This document shows positions 30,554 through 41,584 of a DNA stretch of 64,000 nucleotides, one piece after another. The notes under the pieces were generated by a model that was given only the letters and a program-made list of their open reading frames with translations, was not told where the DNA came from and did not search any database. The DNA is from an uncultured Bacteroidota bacterium (lineage in GTDB: Bacteria > Bacteroidota > Ignavibacteria > UBA10030 > UBA6906). The translations under genes and the position numbers were made by a program. Within the stretch, counting starts at the first letter, position 1; every line of letters begins with the position of its first letter. The DNA lies in NCBI GenBank assembly GCA_963779225.1, contig CAVZWW010000003.1, positions 3,359,835 to 3,423,834 of the forward strand. The letters are read 5' to 3'.

Positions 30554-32211
30554 TGTTCAGCCCGTTTCTTCGTGAGAAATGTCTGTCCTGCCCCGGCGGC
30601 GAGCATCACCAGGCTCAACCAGATACAGATCTCGCCCAGCCAATCACCGTACCGGGAATACATGGTCAGGTCCGTGCGCCGCTCGATTGTTCTGCTTAAC
30701 GTTGCTGTGGTAAATAATTCGGTGCGATCGTAGACACGGCCATAGGGATCAATGAAACAGGAAATCCCGCCCACTGCACATCGTACCAGCCAGCGGCGGT
30801 TCTCGATTGCACGGAGAATGGATATCTGCTGATGCTGGTAGGCCCCGGACATGTGGTCCCACCAGCTGTCGATCGTCACCAGGGTGAGAAACTCGGCACC
30901 CTTCCGGACAAACGCCGTCACGAAACCGGGATACGTGGACTCGTAACAGATGATGGCGTTGAACCGTGCTCCTGTGTGCGGATCGACGAAGACGGTCGTA
31001 TCCGGGCCTATCTGCCAGCCGCCGATGCCCACATCCCACCGGAGGAAGTCGAAGAAGGAGAACACTCCAGCATAGGGAATGCGTTCCGCAAACGGCACCA
31101 TCTTCATCTTTCCGTACCAGCGGACGTCGCCCGCCCCCGCGGGTATGAAGACCGCCGCATTGAACCAGTCGAAGCGCGTGCCTGTTCCCTTCTCTCTTCT
31201 CGCGCTGCGCGGTGTGGTCGTGGAATCGTGATAGACCACTTTGCGTGGAAATCCCGTCAGGATCCCCGCGTTCCAGCGTGCACTGTTCGTGCGGAGCATC
31301 GCGAGCAGGTCATTGTTCATTCCTCCCAGGACGTCGAACGGAAGAGCGGTCTCGGGCCAGACAACGATGTCAGGATGGTTCTCTCCGAGGCTGTCGATGA
31401 GCCGGTTCGTCATATCCTGGTAGAGCTGTACCGTGCCGTATCCGCTCCGGGACCACTTCTGCCACGGATCGACGTTGGATTGAATGATGCCAACCTTCAC
31501 CGTGCTCCCGGTCGTCTGCAGGGCCGGCGACGCTTCCGGGCGGGAGAGCACGAACGATCCGTGGATTGCCGGCAGAGCATAGAGAAGCGCGATAACCGCG
31601 AGGAACCATGCTGTCTTGGCGGACCGCAGGAGGAACTTCTGACGCAGGAGGCCGGCCACGAAGAGATACACAACGAGATTCATCAGGAGAATCCAGAACG
31701 ACAGCCCGAATACTCCCGTGAGTGTGATGAACTGCAACCGGGTGATGTCATAGGTCTGACTGTTGCCCAGCGTGAGCCACGGGAAGGACCACTCGCTGAG
31801 GGAATGACTGAACTCGTAGGCGACCCAGATGAACGGAAGCATGCCGAGTGCCAGAGGTTCCCCGAGCCGCCGCCGGATGAACAGGAAAATGCCGAACGGG
31901 ATGAAGTAGAAAAACGGATGCACCAGCATGGTGACCGCCCCTGCGATCATCATATACGGATCATTGCCGTGAGCGTATCCCCCGGTCCAGTTTACGGTAA
32001 TGACATGAAAGACCAGCATGGCAATGTACACATAGCGGAATGCCGTCCGGGCACGCCCGATGCCGGCAATGACCACGAGCAACGGCACCAGACCGAAGCA
32101 GGCCAGGATTCCGAGAGGAAAGGGAGGGAACGAAAAACCGAGCATCAGTCCGCTGAGCACGGACAGTCCGAGCCGGGGTACGTTCTCTCGTGTCGGTGAA
32201 AGTTCATCCAT
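30538..32211 (-). CDS. lnt: apolipoprotein N-acyltransferase
   Basis: N-terminal polytopic domain plus a C-terminal CN-hydrolase domain ([10 protein letters not shown]...). Start at the internal MDELSP. Confidence 0.8.
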   Translation of the reverse strand: MDELSPTRENVPRLGLSVLSGLMLGFSFPPFPLGILACFGLVPLLVVIAGIGRARTAFRYVYIAMLVFHVITVNWTGGYAHGNDPYMMIAGAVTMLVHPFFYFIPFGIFLFIRRRLGEPLALGMLPFIWVAYEFSHSLSEWSFPWLTLGNSQTYDITRLQFITLTGVFGLSFWILLMNLVVYLFVAGLLRQKFLLRSAKTAWFLAVIALLYALPAIHGSFVLSRPEASPALQTTGSTVKVGIIQSNVDPWQKWSRSGYGTVQLYQDMTNRLIDSLGENHPDIVVWPETALPFDVLGGMNNDLLAMLRTNSARWNAGILTGFPRKVVYHDSTTTPRSARREKGTGTRFDWFNAAVFIPAGAGDVRWYGKMKMVPFAERIPYAGVFSFFDFLRWDVGIGGWQIGPDTTVFVDPHTGARFNAIICYESTYPGFVTAFVRKGAEFLTLVTIDSWWDHMSGAYQHQQISILRAIENRRWLVRCAVGGISCFIDPYGRVYDRTELFTTATLSRTIERRTDLTMYSRYGDWLGEICIWLSLVMLAAGAGQTFLTKKRAEQWQNK

Positions 32212-32818
32212 GGCTGACCTCCCCCGGAGACGCGAGCCTGAGCCAAGGAGCGGCCGAGCGGCCCAGCGTGTGCCAGATCCACAGCAGGAGCGCGGCAACA
32301 CCGGCGCCCAGCACGGCACCGCCCAGGATATCCGAGGGGAAATGCACTCCCACCGTCACACGCGAAATGGCCACGAGTGCCGCCCACGAAAAGAACGCCC
32401 ACATCCATCGGCGATAGAAGAATGCAAGCAGGGTTGCCACGGCGAAGTTGTTCACGGCATGAGACGATGGGAACGACTTGCCGCCCCCGCACGGCACCAG
32501 CAGGTGGACCTGCTGCAGCACGGGCACTCCTCCCACGGTATGGCAGGGACGCGCCCTTTGAACGGCCGGCTTGATCACCGAGCTGCTCAATTGATCGGAA
32601 CAGACCAGCACAAGGACAAGAAGAAGAGCCGCTGTCCGCCCCCGCTTGCCTCCCCTGATGAAAAGCCAGAGCCAGACGGCCAGCAAGAGCAGGCGCACGA
32701 CGAGAAACCGGTCGTAGTCGGTGATGAACGGCCAGAGGAAATCGCCGACCGGGTTCGCGAGTGTTTGATTTACAAAGGTAAACAGCGTCACATCGAGGGA
32801 GTACAGAAATTCGATCAT
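32204..32818 (-). CDS. PAP2-family phosphatase (undecaprenyl-diphosphatase / PgpB-like)
   Basis: KPAVQRARP...PSSHA...SRVTVGVHFPSDIL reproduces the PAP2 motifs KxxxxxxRP, PSGH and SRxxxxxHxxxD. Confidence 0.7.
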   Translation of the reverse strand: MIEFLYSLDVTLFTFVNQTLANPVGDFLWPFITDYDRFLVVRLLLLAVWLWLFIRGGKRGRTAALLLVLVLVCSDQLSSSVIKPAVQRARPCHTVGGVPVLQQVHLLVPCGGGKSFPSSHAVNNFAVATLLAFFYRRWMWAFFSWAALVAISRVTVGVHFPSDILGGAVLGAGVAALLLWIWHTLGRSAAPWLRLASPGEVSHG

Positions 32819-33432
32819 GATATGTTTTGTGCCTTCTTGCGGCGGATCAGCACATAACGTGCAACGAGCAACCCGGCGATGGCGATGACGGCGTAGGTCA
32901 CGATCTGGCTGTAGGTATCAAGATAATACCCGATAAGGTCGAAGTTCTGGCCCACAAAAACGCCGATCAGGATGAGAATGGCGTTCCAGAAAAGTGCACT
33001 CACGAAACAGAGCGCCGTGGTCGGTACGATTTTGAGTTCGGACATTCCCGCAAAAAAGGAGACCACCGCTCGTGTGCCTGTGAGAAAGCGGTTGATGACG
33101 ATGATCGCATAGCCGTATTTCACGAACCAGCGTTCGACTTTATGGACAGATTCGATCGGGATAAACTTGATTTTCCCCTGTTCCAGGATGTGGTCACCGA
33201 ACCAGTCACCGATCTCGTACATGATGATGAATCCCACGACACTTCCGGTCGTTGCGGCGATGAGGGTTTCCGGAAATCCGAGGCGTCCCATTCCGACCAG
33301 CGAGCCTGCGGCGACAATCATGAGGTCGCTCGGTGAGGGGGGAAAGAGATTTTCGATCAGCGCGACGGCCAGAACGATGCCATACACGTACAGGGGGTCG
33401 ATGCCGTTGAGGAAGGTGAAGAATTCTTGCAC
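32815..33432 (-). CDS. DedA/VTT-domain membrane protein
   Basis: 205-aa membrane protein with the DedA-type sequence ...ENLFPPSPSDLMIVAAG...INRFLTGTRAVVSFFAG.... Confidence 0.8.
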   Translation of the reverse strand: MQEFFTFLNGIDPLYVYGIVLAVALIENLFPPSPSDLMIVAAGSLVGMGRLGFPETLIAATTGSVVGFIIMYEIGDWFGDHILEQGKIKFIPIESVHKVERWFVKYGYAIIVINRFLTGTRAVVSFFAGMSELKIVPTTALCFVSALFWNAILILIGVFVGQNFDLIGYYLDTYSQIVTYAVIAIAGLLVARYVLIRRKKAQNIS

Positions 33433-33461
33433 TGCCGGTGCGCTCTTGGCTGTCGGGGTTG

Positions 33462-33971
33462 TCAGGTTGCCCGGGGGAACAGAAGGGTCACGGCGTGTGC
33501 AGCGGCACCTTCGCCGCGGCCCGTGAAACCCAGACCTTCTCCCGTGGTGGCTTTTACGGAAACCGCTTCGGGCGCGATGCCGAGTGCACCCGCGATGTTC
33601 GCACGCATCGCCCCTGCGTGCGGCATGATGCGGGGTCGCTCGAGTATCACCGTCGCATCGATATTCCCGACATCATAGCCGGAACGCGCGAGCAGTACGG
33701 CAATTTCTTTCAGAAGCAGGAGGCTGGAGATCCCCCGGTAGCGCGCATCGGTGTCCGGAAAATGCTGTCCGATATCTCCCAGGCACGCCGCGCCGAGGAG
33801 CGCATCGGCGATAGCATGCACGAGCACATCCGCGTCAGAATGGCCGTCGAGTCCCAGATCGTGGGGAATCTCCACCCCGCCCAGGATGAGCCGCCGGCCC
33901 GCAACGAGGCGGTGAACGTCATAGCCATACCCGATGCGGGGTCTTGCCGGATGACCGTCAGCGGATTTCAA
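33462..33971 (-). CDS. ispF: 2-C-methyl-D-erythritol 2,4-cyclodiphosphate synthase
   Basis: [10 protein letters not shown]...[12 protein letters not shown]...[15 protein letters not shown], the canonical IspF motifs. Confidence 0.9.
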   Translation of the reverse strand: MKSADGHPARPRIGYGYDVHRLVAGRRLILGGVEIPHDLGLDGHSDADVLVHAIADALLGAACLGDIGQHFPDTDARYRGISSLLLLKEIAVLLARSGYDVGNIDATVILERPRIMPHAGAMRANIAGALGIAPEAVSVKATTGEGLGFTGRGEGAAAHAVTLLFPRAT

Positions 33972-34230
33972 AACTTTTCCTCTCGTGTTCGGGGGCGAGC
34001 CATTCGATGCGAAGATTTCGCACGTGCGCGGCGCGCGGTCCCACTTTCAGCGCGGAGATGAATTCTTCGAGCAGTGACCGCTCCCCTTCGGCCTCCACTT
34101 CCACGTTTCCGTCAAAAAGATTACGGACGAATCCATTGAGTCCAAGAGTTTGTGCATGCCGTGCGGCGTACCAGCGGAAGCCCACACCCTGCACCAGCCC
34201 TTCGACAACGATATGCACGCGGACGTCCAT
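33958..34230 (-). CDS. acyP: acylphosphatase
   Basis: [17 protein letters not shown]...[15 protein letters not shown] matches the acylphosphatase signatures. Start at the internal MDVRVH. Confidence 0.75.
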   Translation of the reverse strand: MDVRVHIVVEGLVQGVGFRWYAARHAQTLGLNGFVRNLFDGNVEVEAEGERSLLEEFISALKVGPRAAHVRNLRIEWLAPEHERKSFEIR

Positions 34231-34366
34231 CTGCACCGAATATTGTATGATACGCGAGCACCTTTTGAAAGTCAAGACAACGTGACAGACCACCAGGTAT
34301 ATCACGGACTTCCTGCGTACCCGCTCCGCCTCCGTACCTTTGCGGCAGGGCGATGAGGATGGAAGG

Positions 34367-35254
34367 CTAGGTCACCCCTGTCACCGGCCGGTTGAGGCCG
34401 GGGATGCCATCCGAAAGCTCGGAGAGAAGGACACCGCCGATGATGAGAGCGCCACCCACGATTCCCAGCGACCCGATTTGTTCACCCAGTATGAAGTAGG
34501 CCAGAATGGAGGCAATGACAGGTTCGATGGAGAAAATCACCACAGCCCGGGTGGGCGTGGTGTCTTTCTGGAACCGGGTTTGTACCGCCGTCGTAAACAG
34601 CGTTGCCAGGAAGGTCAGATACAGCAATGTCACCACGGCATCTTGTGTCCAGGCGAAGTACGTGTTCTCAAAGAGCACCGTTGCCGCAACCGCATACACC
34701 GCTGTCGCCGCCATCTGTACGAACAGCAGCTGGAGTGTGGTCATCTGCTTGGAGATGATATCCAGGTAGATGATGTACCCGGCGAAGAGGACAGCGCAGA
34801 CAAGCGTCAGTGCGTCACCGCTGTTCAGCGATGATCCTTCGGGCGATGTCAGGAACCAGAGACCGGCCGCGACCACGACGACTCCTGCGATGTTCCCTAC
34901 CAGCGGCGGGCGTCGTTCAACAAAATATTGCAGGACGGGAACGAAGAGCACCATCATGCCGGTGATAAACGCCGACTTTGACGCGGTGGTAATCGTCAGT
35001 CCGATGTTCTGCGCCACGAATCCCAGAAACAGAAAGAGGGCGAGTATCGCCCCCTTGTACACGGCGGCACGCGGGATCGGGAAAATCCGGTGCCGGAAGA
35101 ACAGGAGCAGGACGACGCTGGCGATCACGAACCGGATGGCGATCATCAGGATCGGGGAGACGTCCACCATCCCGATCTTTACGACCGGGAACGTCCCTCC
35201 CCAGATGAACGTTGTTCCGAGAAGTGCAAGCTCCGCGCGGCCTTTTGCGGTCAC
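34367..35254 (-). CDS. EamA/DMT-family transporter
   Basis: Ten TM helices and two EamA repeats. The GTG start overlaps the stop of the upstream DUF362 gene (GTGA). Confidence 0.7.
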   Translation of the reverse strand: MTAKGRAELALLGTTFIWGGTFPVVKIGMVDVSPILMIAIRFVIASVVLLLFFRHRIFPIPRAAVYKGAILALFLFLGFVAQNIGLTITTASKSAFITGMMVLFVPVLQYFVERRPPLVGNIAGVVVVAAGLWFLTSPEGSSLNSGDALTLVCAVLFAGYIIYLDIISKQMTTLQLLFVQMAATAVYAVAATVLFENTYFAWTQDAVVTLLYLTFLATLFTTAVQTRFQKDTTPTRAVVIFSIEPVIASILAYFILGEQIGSLGIVGGALIIGGVLLSELSDGIPGLNRPVTGVT

Positions 35255-36369
35255 GCCTGAACACCCGCGGGTTCGCCGGCCGGCTGCTCGTACTGCTGGA
35301 AGAGTTTTCCCCACTCGGTGTTTTTGCGCCATTCTTCAAACGTGCGGCGGTCTTTCAGCGGCCAGCGGTAGTAGTCGTGATACGCTTCGGAACCGAAGAT
35401 GAACATATGCACCATCGGGGTGCGGAAGAACAGTTTCTGCATTCCCTTCAACGGGCCGAACCAGGCGAGATTCCCGAACATGCTCGCGCCGTTGTTGCCC
35501 ACCTTGAATCCCCACGACTCGTTCGAGATATCCGCACCGACGATCTCGATATCCCGCACGTCGCCCACTCCCAGTTTGTCTTCATGCCCCACGCGGATAT
35601 ACTCGATCGACAACGGGTCGAATCCCATCATCTTTGCTGCGACAGCGTCGATCGCCACCTGATCGGCACTCGCAAGGATGTAGTCCTTGACCACAGGGAA
35701 CATCGTGCGCGGCCCGGGTCCGTTTCCTACGGTGGTCCCGTCCATGACGGCAAACACGCCCGTGTGGATTTCCTTCTGGATGGCCAGCAGGTCCACCAGT
35801 GTGCGGTGAATCCACGAATGTGTGTAGTGACGCTTGGTGTTCAGCAGTCCGCCGAACGCATTCTTCATCGCTCCCGTGGTGGTTGTATAGATGTGGCATT
35901 TCACCGTCGGGAGGTGGACGATGTTTTTTCCGAAGAAGTAATCGGGGATGGTAATACCTTCGGGATAGATCGTATCCAGGACATGCATTTTCTTCTTGGG
36001 TTTGTACGGCACCCATTTCATATCCGTTTCCCGGAAATTAAACAGAACCGGGATTTCATACTTGCGGAAGATCGGCACATACCGGTTCAGGTCTTCCCCT
36101 TTGAAAGCGTCGGTGACGACGGTCTTGTTCTGCACGGCCGTGATGTTCCCAAAGCCGGCATGTTTCAAGGCGAGGACCGTCCCTTCCAGCTGCCATGGTG
36201 TGCTGTTCGCCGAAGGAAACGGGAAATGCCAGGAAATATTGTCTTTGAGGATTGTCGTTGCCGACTTCTGCAGTGCGGCGGACATCCCGGCCATCTCGGC
36301 CAGGCGTTCATAATCTTTCAACACCGTTGCCGGGGTTGTCTTCAGAACAGCAACTTTTGACTTTGCCAT
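35251..36369 (-). CDS. DUF362-domain protein
   Basis: About 370 aa with DUF362-like sequence. Start at the internal MAKSKVAVLK. Confidence 0.6.
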   Translation of the reverse strand: MAKSKVAVLKTTPATVLKDYERLAEMAGMSAALQKSATTILKDNISWHFPFPSANSTPWQLEGTVLALKHAGFGNITAVQNKTVVTDAFKGEDLNRYVPIFRKYEIPVLFNFRETDMKWVPYKPKKKMHVLDTIYPEGITIPDYFFGKNIVHLPTVKCHIYTTTTGAMKNAFGGLLNTKRHYTHSWIHRTLVDLLAIQKEIHTGVFAVMDGTTVGNGPGPRTMFPVVKDYILASADQVAIDAVAAKMMGFDPLSIEYIRVGHEDKLGVGDVRDIEIVGADISNESWGFKVGNNGASMFGNLAWFGPLKGMQKLFFRTPMVHMFIFGSEAYHDYYRWPLKDRRTFEEWRKNTEWGKLFQQYEQPAGEPAGVQA

Positions 36370-36439
36370 AGGTGCTCCATTCCGGACATATGTTGATCGT
36401 GTATTGGTCAAGCCGGCGCCCGTGCGTCGGGCGCTTCCA

Positions 36440-38065
36440 TTAAAACGCCGCTACCTCTTCATAAACCCCGAAGATCTCGGTCAGGGCGCCGCACATCTCC
36501 CCCAGCGTAACATATGCACGCGTACACGCAAGCAGAGGGGGCATCAGGTTGGTGCCATCTGCAGCGGCGTGCCGTAAATCCGCCAGGGTCCGCGCTACGT
36601 CGGAGGCGTTGCGTGAGCCACGCAGTTCGGCAAGCCGCCGGCGCTGGCCGCGTTCCACGTCGGGTGATATTGTCAGCAAGGGGATGGTTACCGGTTCATC
36701 CGGCTCCTCGTAGACGTTCACGCCGACGATGGTCTTTTCCCGTGATTCCAGCGCTTTCTGGTAGCGGTATGCGGCCACGGCGATCTCGTGCTGGAAGAAT
36801 CCCTGCTCGATGGCCGGGATCACTCCTCCGAGCGCATCGATACGTTCAAAGTACCGGTTGGCTCCTTCCTCCATGCGGGAGGTAAGTGCTTCCACGAAAT
36901 AGCTCCCGCCGAGGGGATCCGCCGTATTTGTCACACCCGTTTCTTCCGCAATGATCTGCTGCGTACGCAGAGCAATCTTGACCGCCTTCTCGGAAGGAAG
37001 TGCGAGTGTCTCGTCCATCGAGTTGGTGTGGAGGGATTGAGTCCCCCCCAGCACACCGGAAAGAGCCTGGAACGCCGTCCGGACGATATTGTTTTCAGGT
37101 TGCTGCGCGGTGAGCGTGCATCCCGCGGTCTGCGTGTGAAACCGCAGGGCCAGCGAGCGGGGATTACGTGCGCCGTACTTTTCTTTCATCCGCCGGGCCC
37201 AGATGCGGCGCGCGGCGCGGAATTTGGCGATCTCTTCGAAGAAATCCAGATGTGCATTGAAAAAGAACGACAGGCGCGGCGCAAAACTGTCCACATCCAT
37301 CCCGCGTTCAAGACAGGCTTCAACGTACGCGAAGCCGTCGGCAAGCGTGAAGGCCAGCTCCTGTACGGCCGTTGAGCCCGCCTCGCGGATGTGATATCCG
37401 CTCACCGAAACCGGGTTCCACAGGGGCATTTCGCGTGTGCAGTACTCGATCATGTCGGTCACGATGCGCATGGACGGGCGGGGCGGATAGATCCACTCTT
37501 TCTGCGCTATGTACTCTTTGAGAATATCCGTCTGAATGGTTCCCCGGAGTTCGGCCGGGAGCGTACCCTCCTTTTCGGCCACCGCAATATAGAACGCCAG
37601 TGCCATCGCGGCCGGCGCATTGATCGTCATGGAGGTGGAAACATCCTTCAGCGTAATCCCGCGAAAGAGTATTTCCATATCGGCGAGCGAGCTGATAGAC
37701 ACGCCGCAGACGCCGACCTCCCCTTCTGCCAGAGAGTCGTCGCAGTCGCGACCCATCAACGTCGGCAAATCAAACGCCACGGACAGGCCTGTCTGACCGT
37801 GGTTCAACAGGTAGTGGTAGCGCGCGTTGGTGTCTTCCGGCGTACCGAACCCGGCGAACTGTCTCATCGTCCAGGGGCGTCCGCGGTACATGGTGGGATG
37901 GATCCCGCGGGTGTATGGATACTCCCCGGGAACGCCGATGGCCGTTGCGTAGTCCAGACCGGCAATGGCCTCCGGCGTGTACAGCTGCTCAATCGTCTCT
38001 CCACTTACGGTGGTGAACACCGTCTTTCGTGGCTCCGTCCCGCGTTCATTCGCCCGTTCACTCAT
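36440..38065 (-). CDS. methylmalonyl-CoA mutase family, catalytic (large) subunit without a B12-binding domain
   Basis: 541 aa. Reads [26 protein letters not shown]..., the MCM/ICM N-terminal TIM-barrel domain. No C-terminal cobalamin-binding domain is present. Confidence 0.85.
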   Translation of the reverse strand: MSERANERGTEPRKTVFTTVSGETIEQLYTPEAIAGLDYATAIGVPGEYPYTRGIHPTMYRGRPWTMRQFAGFGTPEDTNARYHYLLNHGQTGLSVAFDLPTLMGRDCDDSLAEGEVGVCGVSISSLADMEILFRGITLKDVSTSMTINAPAAMALAFYIAVAEKEGTLPAELRGTIQTDILKEYIAQKEWIYPPRPSMRIVTDMIEYCTREMPLWNPVSVSGYHIREAGSTAVQELAFTLADGFAYVEACLERGMDVDSFAPRLSFFFNAHLDFFEEIAKFRAARRIWARRMKEKYGARNPRSLALRFHTQTAGCTLTAQQPENNIVRTAFQALSGVLGGTQSLHTNSMDETLALPSEKAVKIALRTQQIIAEETGVTNTADPLGGSYFVEALTSRMEEGANRYFERIDALGGVIPAIEQGFFQHEIAVAAYRYQKALESREKTIVGVNVYEEPDEPVTIPLLTISPDVERGQRRRLAELRGSRNASDVARTLADLRHAAADGTNLMPPLLACTRAYVTLGEMCGALTEIFGVYEEVAAF

Positions 38066-38147
38066 GCCACATCTCCCATGTATGATGGCAGCTTTTCTTC
38101 TCCGGTTTCAAGTAACGTATTCCTGTGCTGATTTTCAAGGCAACACC

Positions 38148-40022
38148 TTAGCGGCGTCCGAACCGCCGGTCGAGTTCTTCGGTGGAGATGCGCAGGACAA
38201 TCGGGCGCCCGTGCGGGCACACATACGGCATCTTGGTGCCGAACAGCTGGTCGATGAGCGATCGCATCTCGGCTTCCGTCAGGGGATCTCCCGCTTTGAT
38301 AGCCGATTTGCATGAGAAGGACTTTGCAACGAGATCACGTGCCTCTCCGGGAGATTCGCGCTGGTATTCTTTGTACAGGGCAAGGATTTCTTCGAGGATG
38401 CTTTGTTCATGCCCGGCCTTCACATCGGGCGGTACACCTTCGATGACGACCGTGTTCTTGCCGAATCGTTTGAGATCGAAACCCAGCCCTTCGACGTGGG
38501 GGAAGATATCGTCCAGGACGGCGTAGTCCCCCGCCGTCAACTGCACGGTCACAGGAAACAGCAGTTGCTGGGAAGTCCGCAGGCCGTTTGCAAAACGTTC
38601 CAGGGCCTTTTCGTAGAGAATCCGTTCGTGCGCGACATGTTGATCGACAATCATCACACCGTGCCGGATCTGTGAGAGGATGTACTTATTGTGGAGTTGC
38701 CAGAGGAGTTGAGGTGGTTCGGACAGCGGCATCTCCCCTTCCCGGCCGGGCAAAAGCGGCGTCAGGGCCGGAAAAGCGAGAAGGTCCTGCATTCCGGGGG
38801 ACATCGCCCCGGAGGGCATCTGCACCGATGGCGGAGGGAAGATTTCGCCCGTGGAGGCATCCACGCGTGAACGCTCCGGCAGGGTCCATCCGATATCCTG
38901 CCCGCCGCCTGCACCCCAGGCATGTTGACGTTGCGTGAAGCCGAGCCGGAGGTCTCCACTGCCGGGATACCCTTCGGTGAATGTCATTGCCGGAACCGCT
39001 CCCGCACCGCCGAGCGTTTTGCGCACGAGCGCCGAGATGAAGCGATTCACACCCTGCTCGTCGTCGAACTTGACTTCCATTTTCGACGGATGGACGTTCA
39101 CGTCAATCCTGTGCGGGTCGATCTCCAGGAACAGGAGATAGAAGGGATATATGCCGTTGATAAGCAGGTGTTCGTACGCGGAAGCGACGGCGAAGCCGAT
39201 ACTCCGGCTGGAGATGATCCGTCCGTTGAGGTAGAGAAATTGCGACAGGCGTGTCTTCTGGCCGAATGCCGGTTTGCCGACGAAGCCGCGGACGGTGAGA
39301 AAATCCGTCACTTCTTCCACGGGGAGGAGGGACTCGAACGTGCGCTGCCCGAAAAGATCAATGATGCGTTGATCGATCGTCGAGGCTTTCAGGCGGAAGA
39401 TCGTGTCCCCGTCGCTGATGAATGTGAAGGCCAGTCCGGGGTGGGCAAGCGCCGTGCGCTGGACGACATCATGGATGTGGCGGAATTCCGTGTTTGTGGT
39501 TTTCAGGAACTTCCGGCGCGCGGGCACATTGAAGAAGAGATTCTGGACGGTCACGGTGGTGCCACGGCCGCGCGCATCGTGCGTGACGGTCCCGGGTTCT
39601 TCACCGGCGATCTTCACCACGGTGGCAACATCATCGGCGTCGCGGCGCGTCTTCATGGTCACCTGCGCCACTGCGGCTATGGACGCGAGGGCCTCACCCC
39701 GGAAGCCGTAGGTGCGGATGGCCTCCAGATCTTCATAACTCACGATCTTGCTTGTCGCATGCCGGAGGAAGGAAGCGACGGCATCCTGCTCATCCATGCC
39801 GGTACCGTCGTCGGTAATCTGGATGAGTTCTTTCCCGCCATCCTTGATGATGACTTCGATGGAACCTGCTCCGGCATCGAGGGCGTTTTCAAGCAGTTCT
39901 TTGACCACGGATTCCGGACGTTGAATCACCTCACCGGCGGCGATCTTGTTGGCGATGTGCTCCGGGAGCACCGTCACGCGGCGGGGGGATATCGAAGCGG
40001 AGATTTCGGGCGGGTTGGTCAT
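38148..40022 (-). CDS. mutL: DNA mismatch repair protein MutL
   Basis: GHKL ATPase N-terminus (ELLENALDAGA, GFRGEALASI) and a C-terminal dimerisation domain. Confidence 0.9.
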   Translation of the reverse strand: MTNPPEISASISPRRVTVLPEHIANKIAAGEVIQRPESVVKELLENALDAGAGSIEVIIKDGGKELIQITDDGTGMDEQDAVASFLRHATSKIVSYEDLEAIRTYGFRGEALASIAAVAQVTMKTRRDADDVATVVKIAGEEPGTVTHDARGRGTTVTVQNLFFNVPARRKFLKTTNTEFRHIHDVVQRTALAHPGLAFTFISDGDTIFRLKASTIDQRIIDLFGQRTFESLLPVEEVTDFLTVRGFVGKPAFGQKTRLSQFLYLNGRIISSRSIGFAVASAYEHLLINGIYPFYLLFLEIDPHRIDVNVHPSKMEVKFDDEQGVNRFISALVRKTLGGAGAVPAMTFTEGYPGSGDLRLGFTQRQHAWGAGGGQDIGWTLPERSRVDASTGEIFPPPSVQMPSGAMSPGMQDLLAFPALTPLLPGREGEMPLSEPPQLLWQLHNKYILSQIRHGVMIVDQHVAHERILYEKALERFANGLRTSQQLLFPVTVQLTAGDYAVLDDIFPHVEGLGFDLKRFGKNTVVIEGVPPDVKAGHEQSILEEILALYKEYQRESPGEARDLVAKSFSCKSAIKAGDPLTEAEMRSLIDQLFGTKMPYVCPHGRPIVLRISTEELDRRFGRR

Positions 40023-40963
40023 GCTTCAAAGAGCGCTTCTGCGAAATCCTTCGCGTCAAACGGCTGCAGATCGTCCAGCTGTTCTCCCACGCCGATAAAC
40101 CGGACCGGAAGGCCCATGGAACGTGCAATAGACAGCACGATCCCTCCTTTTGCCGTCCCATCCAGTTTGGTGAGGACCAGTCCTGTCACGCCGACGGCCG
40201 AACCGAACTTCGTTGCCTGCTGCAGACCGTTCTGTCCGGTTGACGCATCGATCACGAGGAGCACCTCGTGTGGTGCGGCGGGGTTTTGTTTTTGCACCAC
40301 GCGCCGGATTTTCTTCAGTTCTTCCATCAGATTCACGCGTGTATGGAGGCGTCCTGCGGTGTCGATGATGACCACGTCTGCAGAGCGTGCCGTGGCCGCC
40401 TTGACGGCATCGAACGCCACTGCGGCGGGATCCGCTCCCTGTTTTTGCTGAATGATTTCCGCACCGGCGCGCTTTGCCCAGATCTCGAGCTGTTCATTCG
40501 CCGCCGCACGGAATGTGTCGGCAGCCGCGATGACCACCTTATGGCCCGCCGAAATATAGCGGTGGGCAAGTTTTCCGATCGTGGTGGTCTTCCCGACGCC
40601 GTTGATACCGACAACCATAATCACATAGGGCCGGTCGGTCCCGAGATCAAAGGGATTTGCGGGAACTCCGCCGGGTTTCCCGGCGAGCTGGAGCGCGATT
40701 TCCGCCTTGAGAAAAGGGAAAAGTTCCGGGGCATCGTGTGCCGGAGTTTCTTTCAGCCGTTTCCTGACGCCTTCCATGATATCGGCCGAGGTCCCGGCGC
40801 CGACGTCCGCCGCGATGAGCGTCTCTTCCAGATGCTCGAGAAGAGCTTCGTCCACCTTTGCGCCGCGGACGAGAATCCGCGAGACCGCTCCCACGAGTCC
40901 TTCGCGGGTTTTCGCCAGACCGTCTTTGAGTTTTCCGAATCCTAGTTTGTCCAGAAGCCCCAT
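40019..40963 (-). CDS. ftsY: signal recognition particle receptor FtsY
   Basis: NG domain with GVNGVGKTTTIGKLA and DTAGRLH. 4-nt overlap with mutL. Confidence 0.9.
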   Translation of the reverse strand: MGLLDKLGFGKLKDGLAKTREGLVGAVSRILVRGAKVDEALLEHLEETLIAADVGAGTSADIMEGVRKRLKETPAHDAPELFPFLKAEIALQLAGKPGGVPANPFDLGTDRPYVIMVVGINGVGKTTTIGKLAHRYISAGHKVVIAAADTFRAAANEQLEIWAKRAGAEIIQQKQGADPAAVAFDAVKAATARSADVVIIDTAGRLHTRVNLMEELKKIRRVVQKQNPAAPHEVLLVIDASTGQNGLQQATKFGSAVGVTGLVLTKLDGTAKGGIVLSIARSMGLPVRFIGVGEQLDDLQPFDAKDFAEALFEA

Positions 40964-41032
40964 GATTACCTTTGTCTTCTCAAGCTCATTATTGACATCC
41001 CGGCCCTCGATTGAGGGCTCCCTCCGGGAAAG

Positions 41033-41584
41033 CTACGAAACGCTTGTGCGTCCGCGCATCACTTCTTTAAACCGTCTCGCATATCCGATGGTCGACACAA
41101 GGACCATCGTCACGCTGGCCCAGATACCTATCGACAGCAGCCAGGATGGTGCGTCGATCAGGACAAAGAGCAGTGTTGCGGCGAACACACCGATGGACCA
41201 TTTGCCGGCAGTATTGGATGGAAGCACTTCTCCCGTTTTCCGGCGGACGATGAGACCGCCTGTGAGGATCAGCAAATCGCGTACAAGCAGGAGTGCGACA
41301 AACCAGAGCGGCAGCCATGTCAGGTAGAGGAACACGACTGCCACGGCGGCCACACCGAGCTTATCAGCAAGGGGGTCCAGAATCCTCCCCAACTCCGTTT
41401 CCTGATTCATGCTGCGCGCCGCCATACCGTCCAGCTTGTCGGTCAGGGTGGCCAGCAGGAGGATTCCCACACCCCACCAGCGGGCGGGCGCACCCGGCAC
41501 GAGCATCACAAGGACGAACGGAACGATGAGGAGCACCCGTGAGAAACTCAGCAGATTGGGGATCGTGAAAATCTCACGCTTCAT
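41033..41584 (-). CDS. CDP-alcohol phosphatidyltransferase (PgsA-like)
   Basis: DKLDGMAARSMNQETELGRILDPLADK matches the DG(x2)AR(x8)G(x3)D(x3)D motif. Start at the internal MKREIF. Confidence 0.75.
   Translation of the reverse strand: MKREIFTIPNLLSFSRVLLIVPFVLVMLVPGAPARWWGVGILLLATLTDKLDGMAARSMNQETELGRILDPLADKLGVAAVAVVFLYLTWLPLWFVALLLVRDLLILTGGLIVRRKTGEVLPSNTAGKWSIGVFAATLLFVLIDAPSWLLSIGIWASVTMVLVSTIGYARRFKEVMRGRTSVS

Noticed and set aside
40964-41032. Hairpin gccctc-gatt-gagggc downstream of the pgsA-like gene
   Set aside because: Short stem with no following U-tract on the minus strand. It could be a minor terminator, but the evidence is insufficient.
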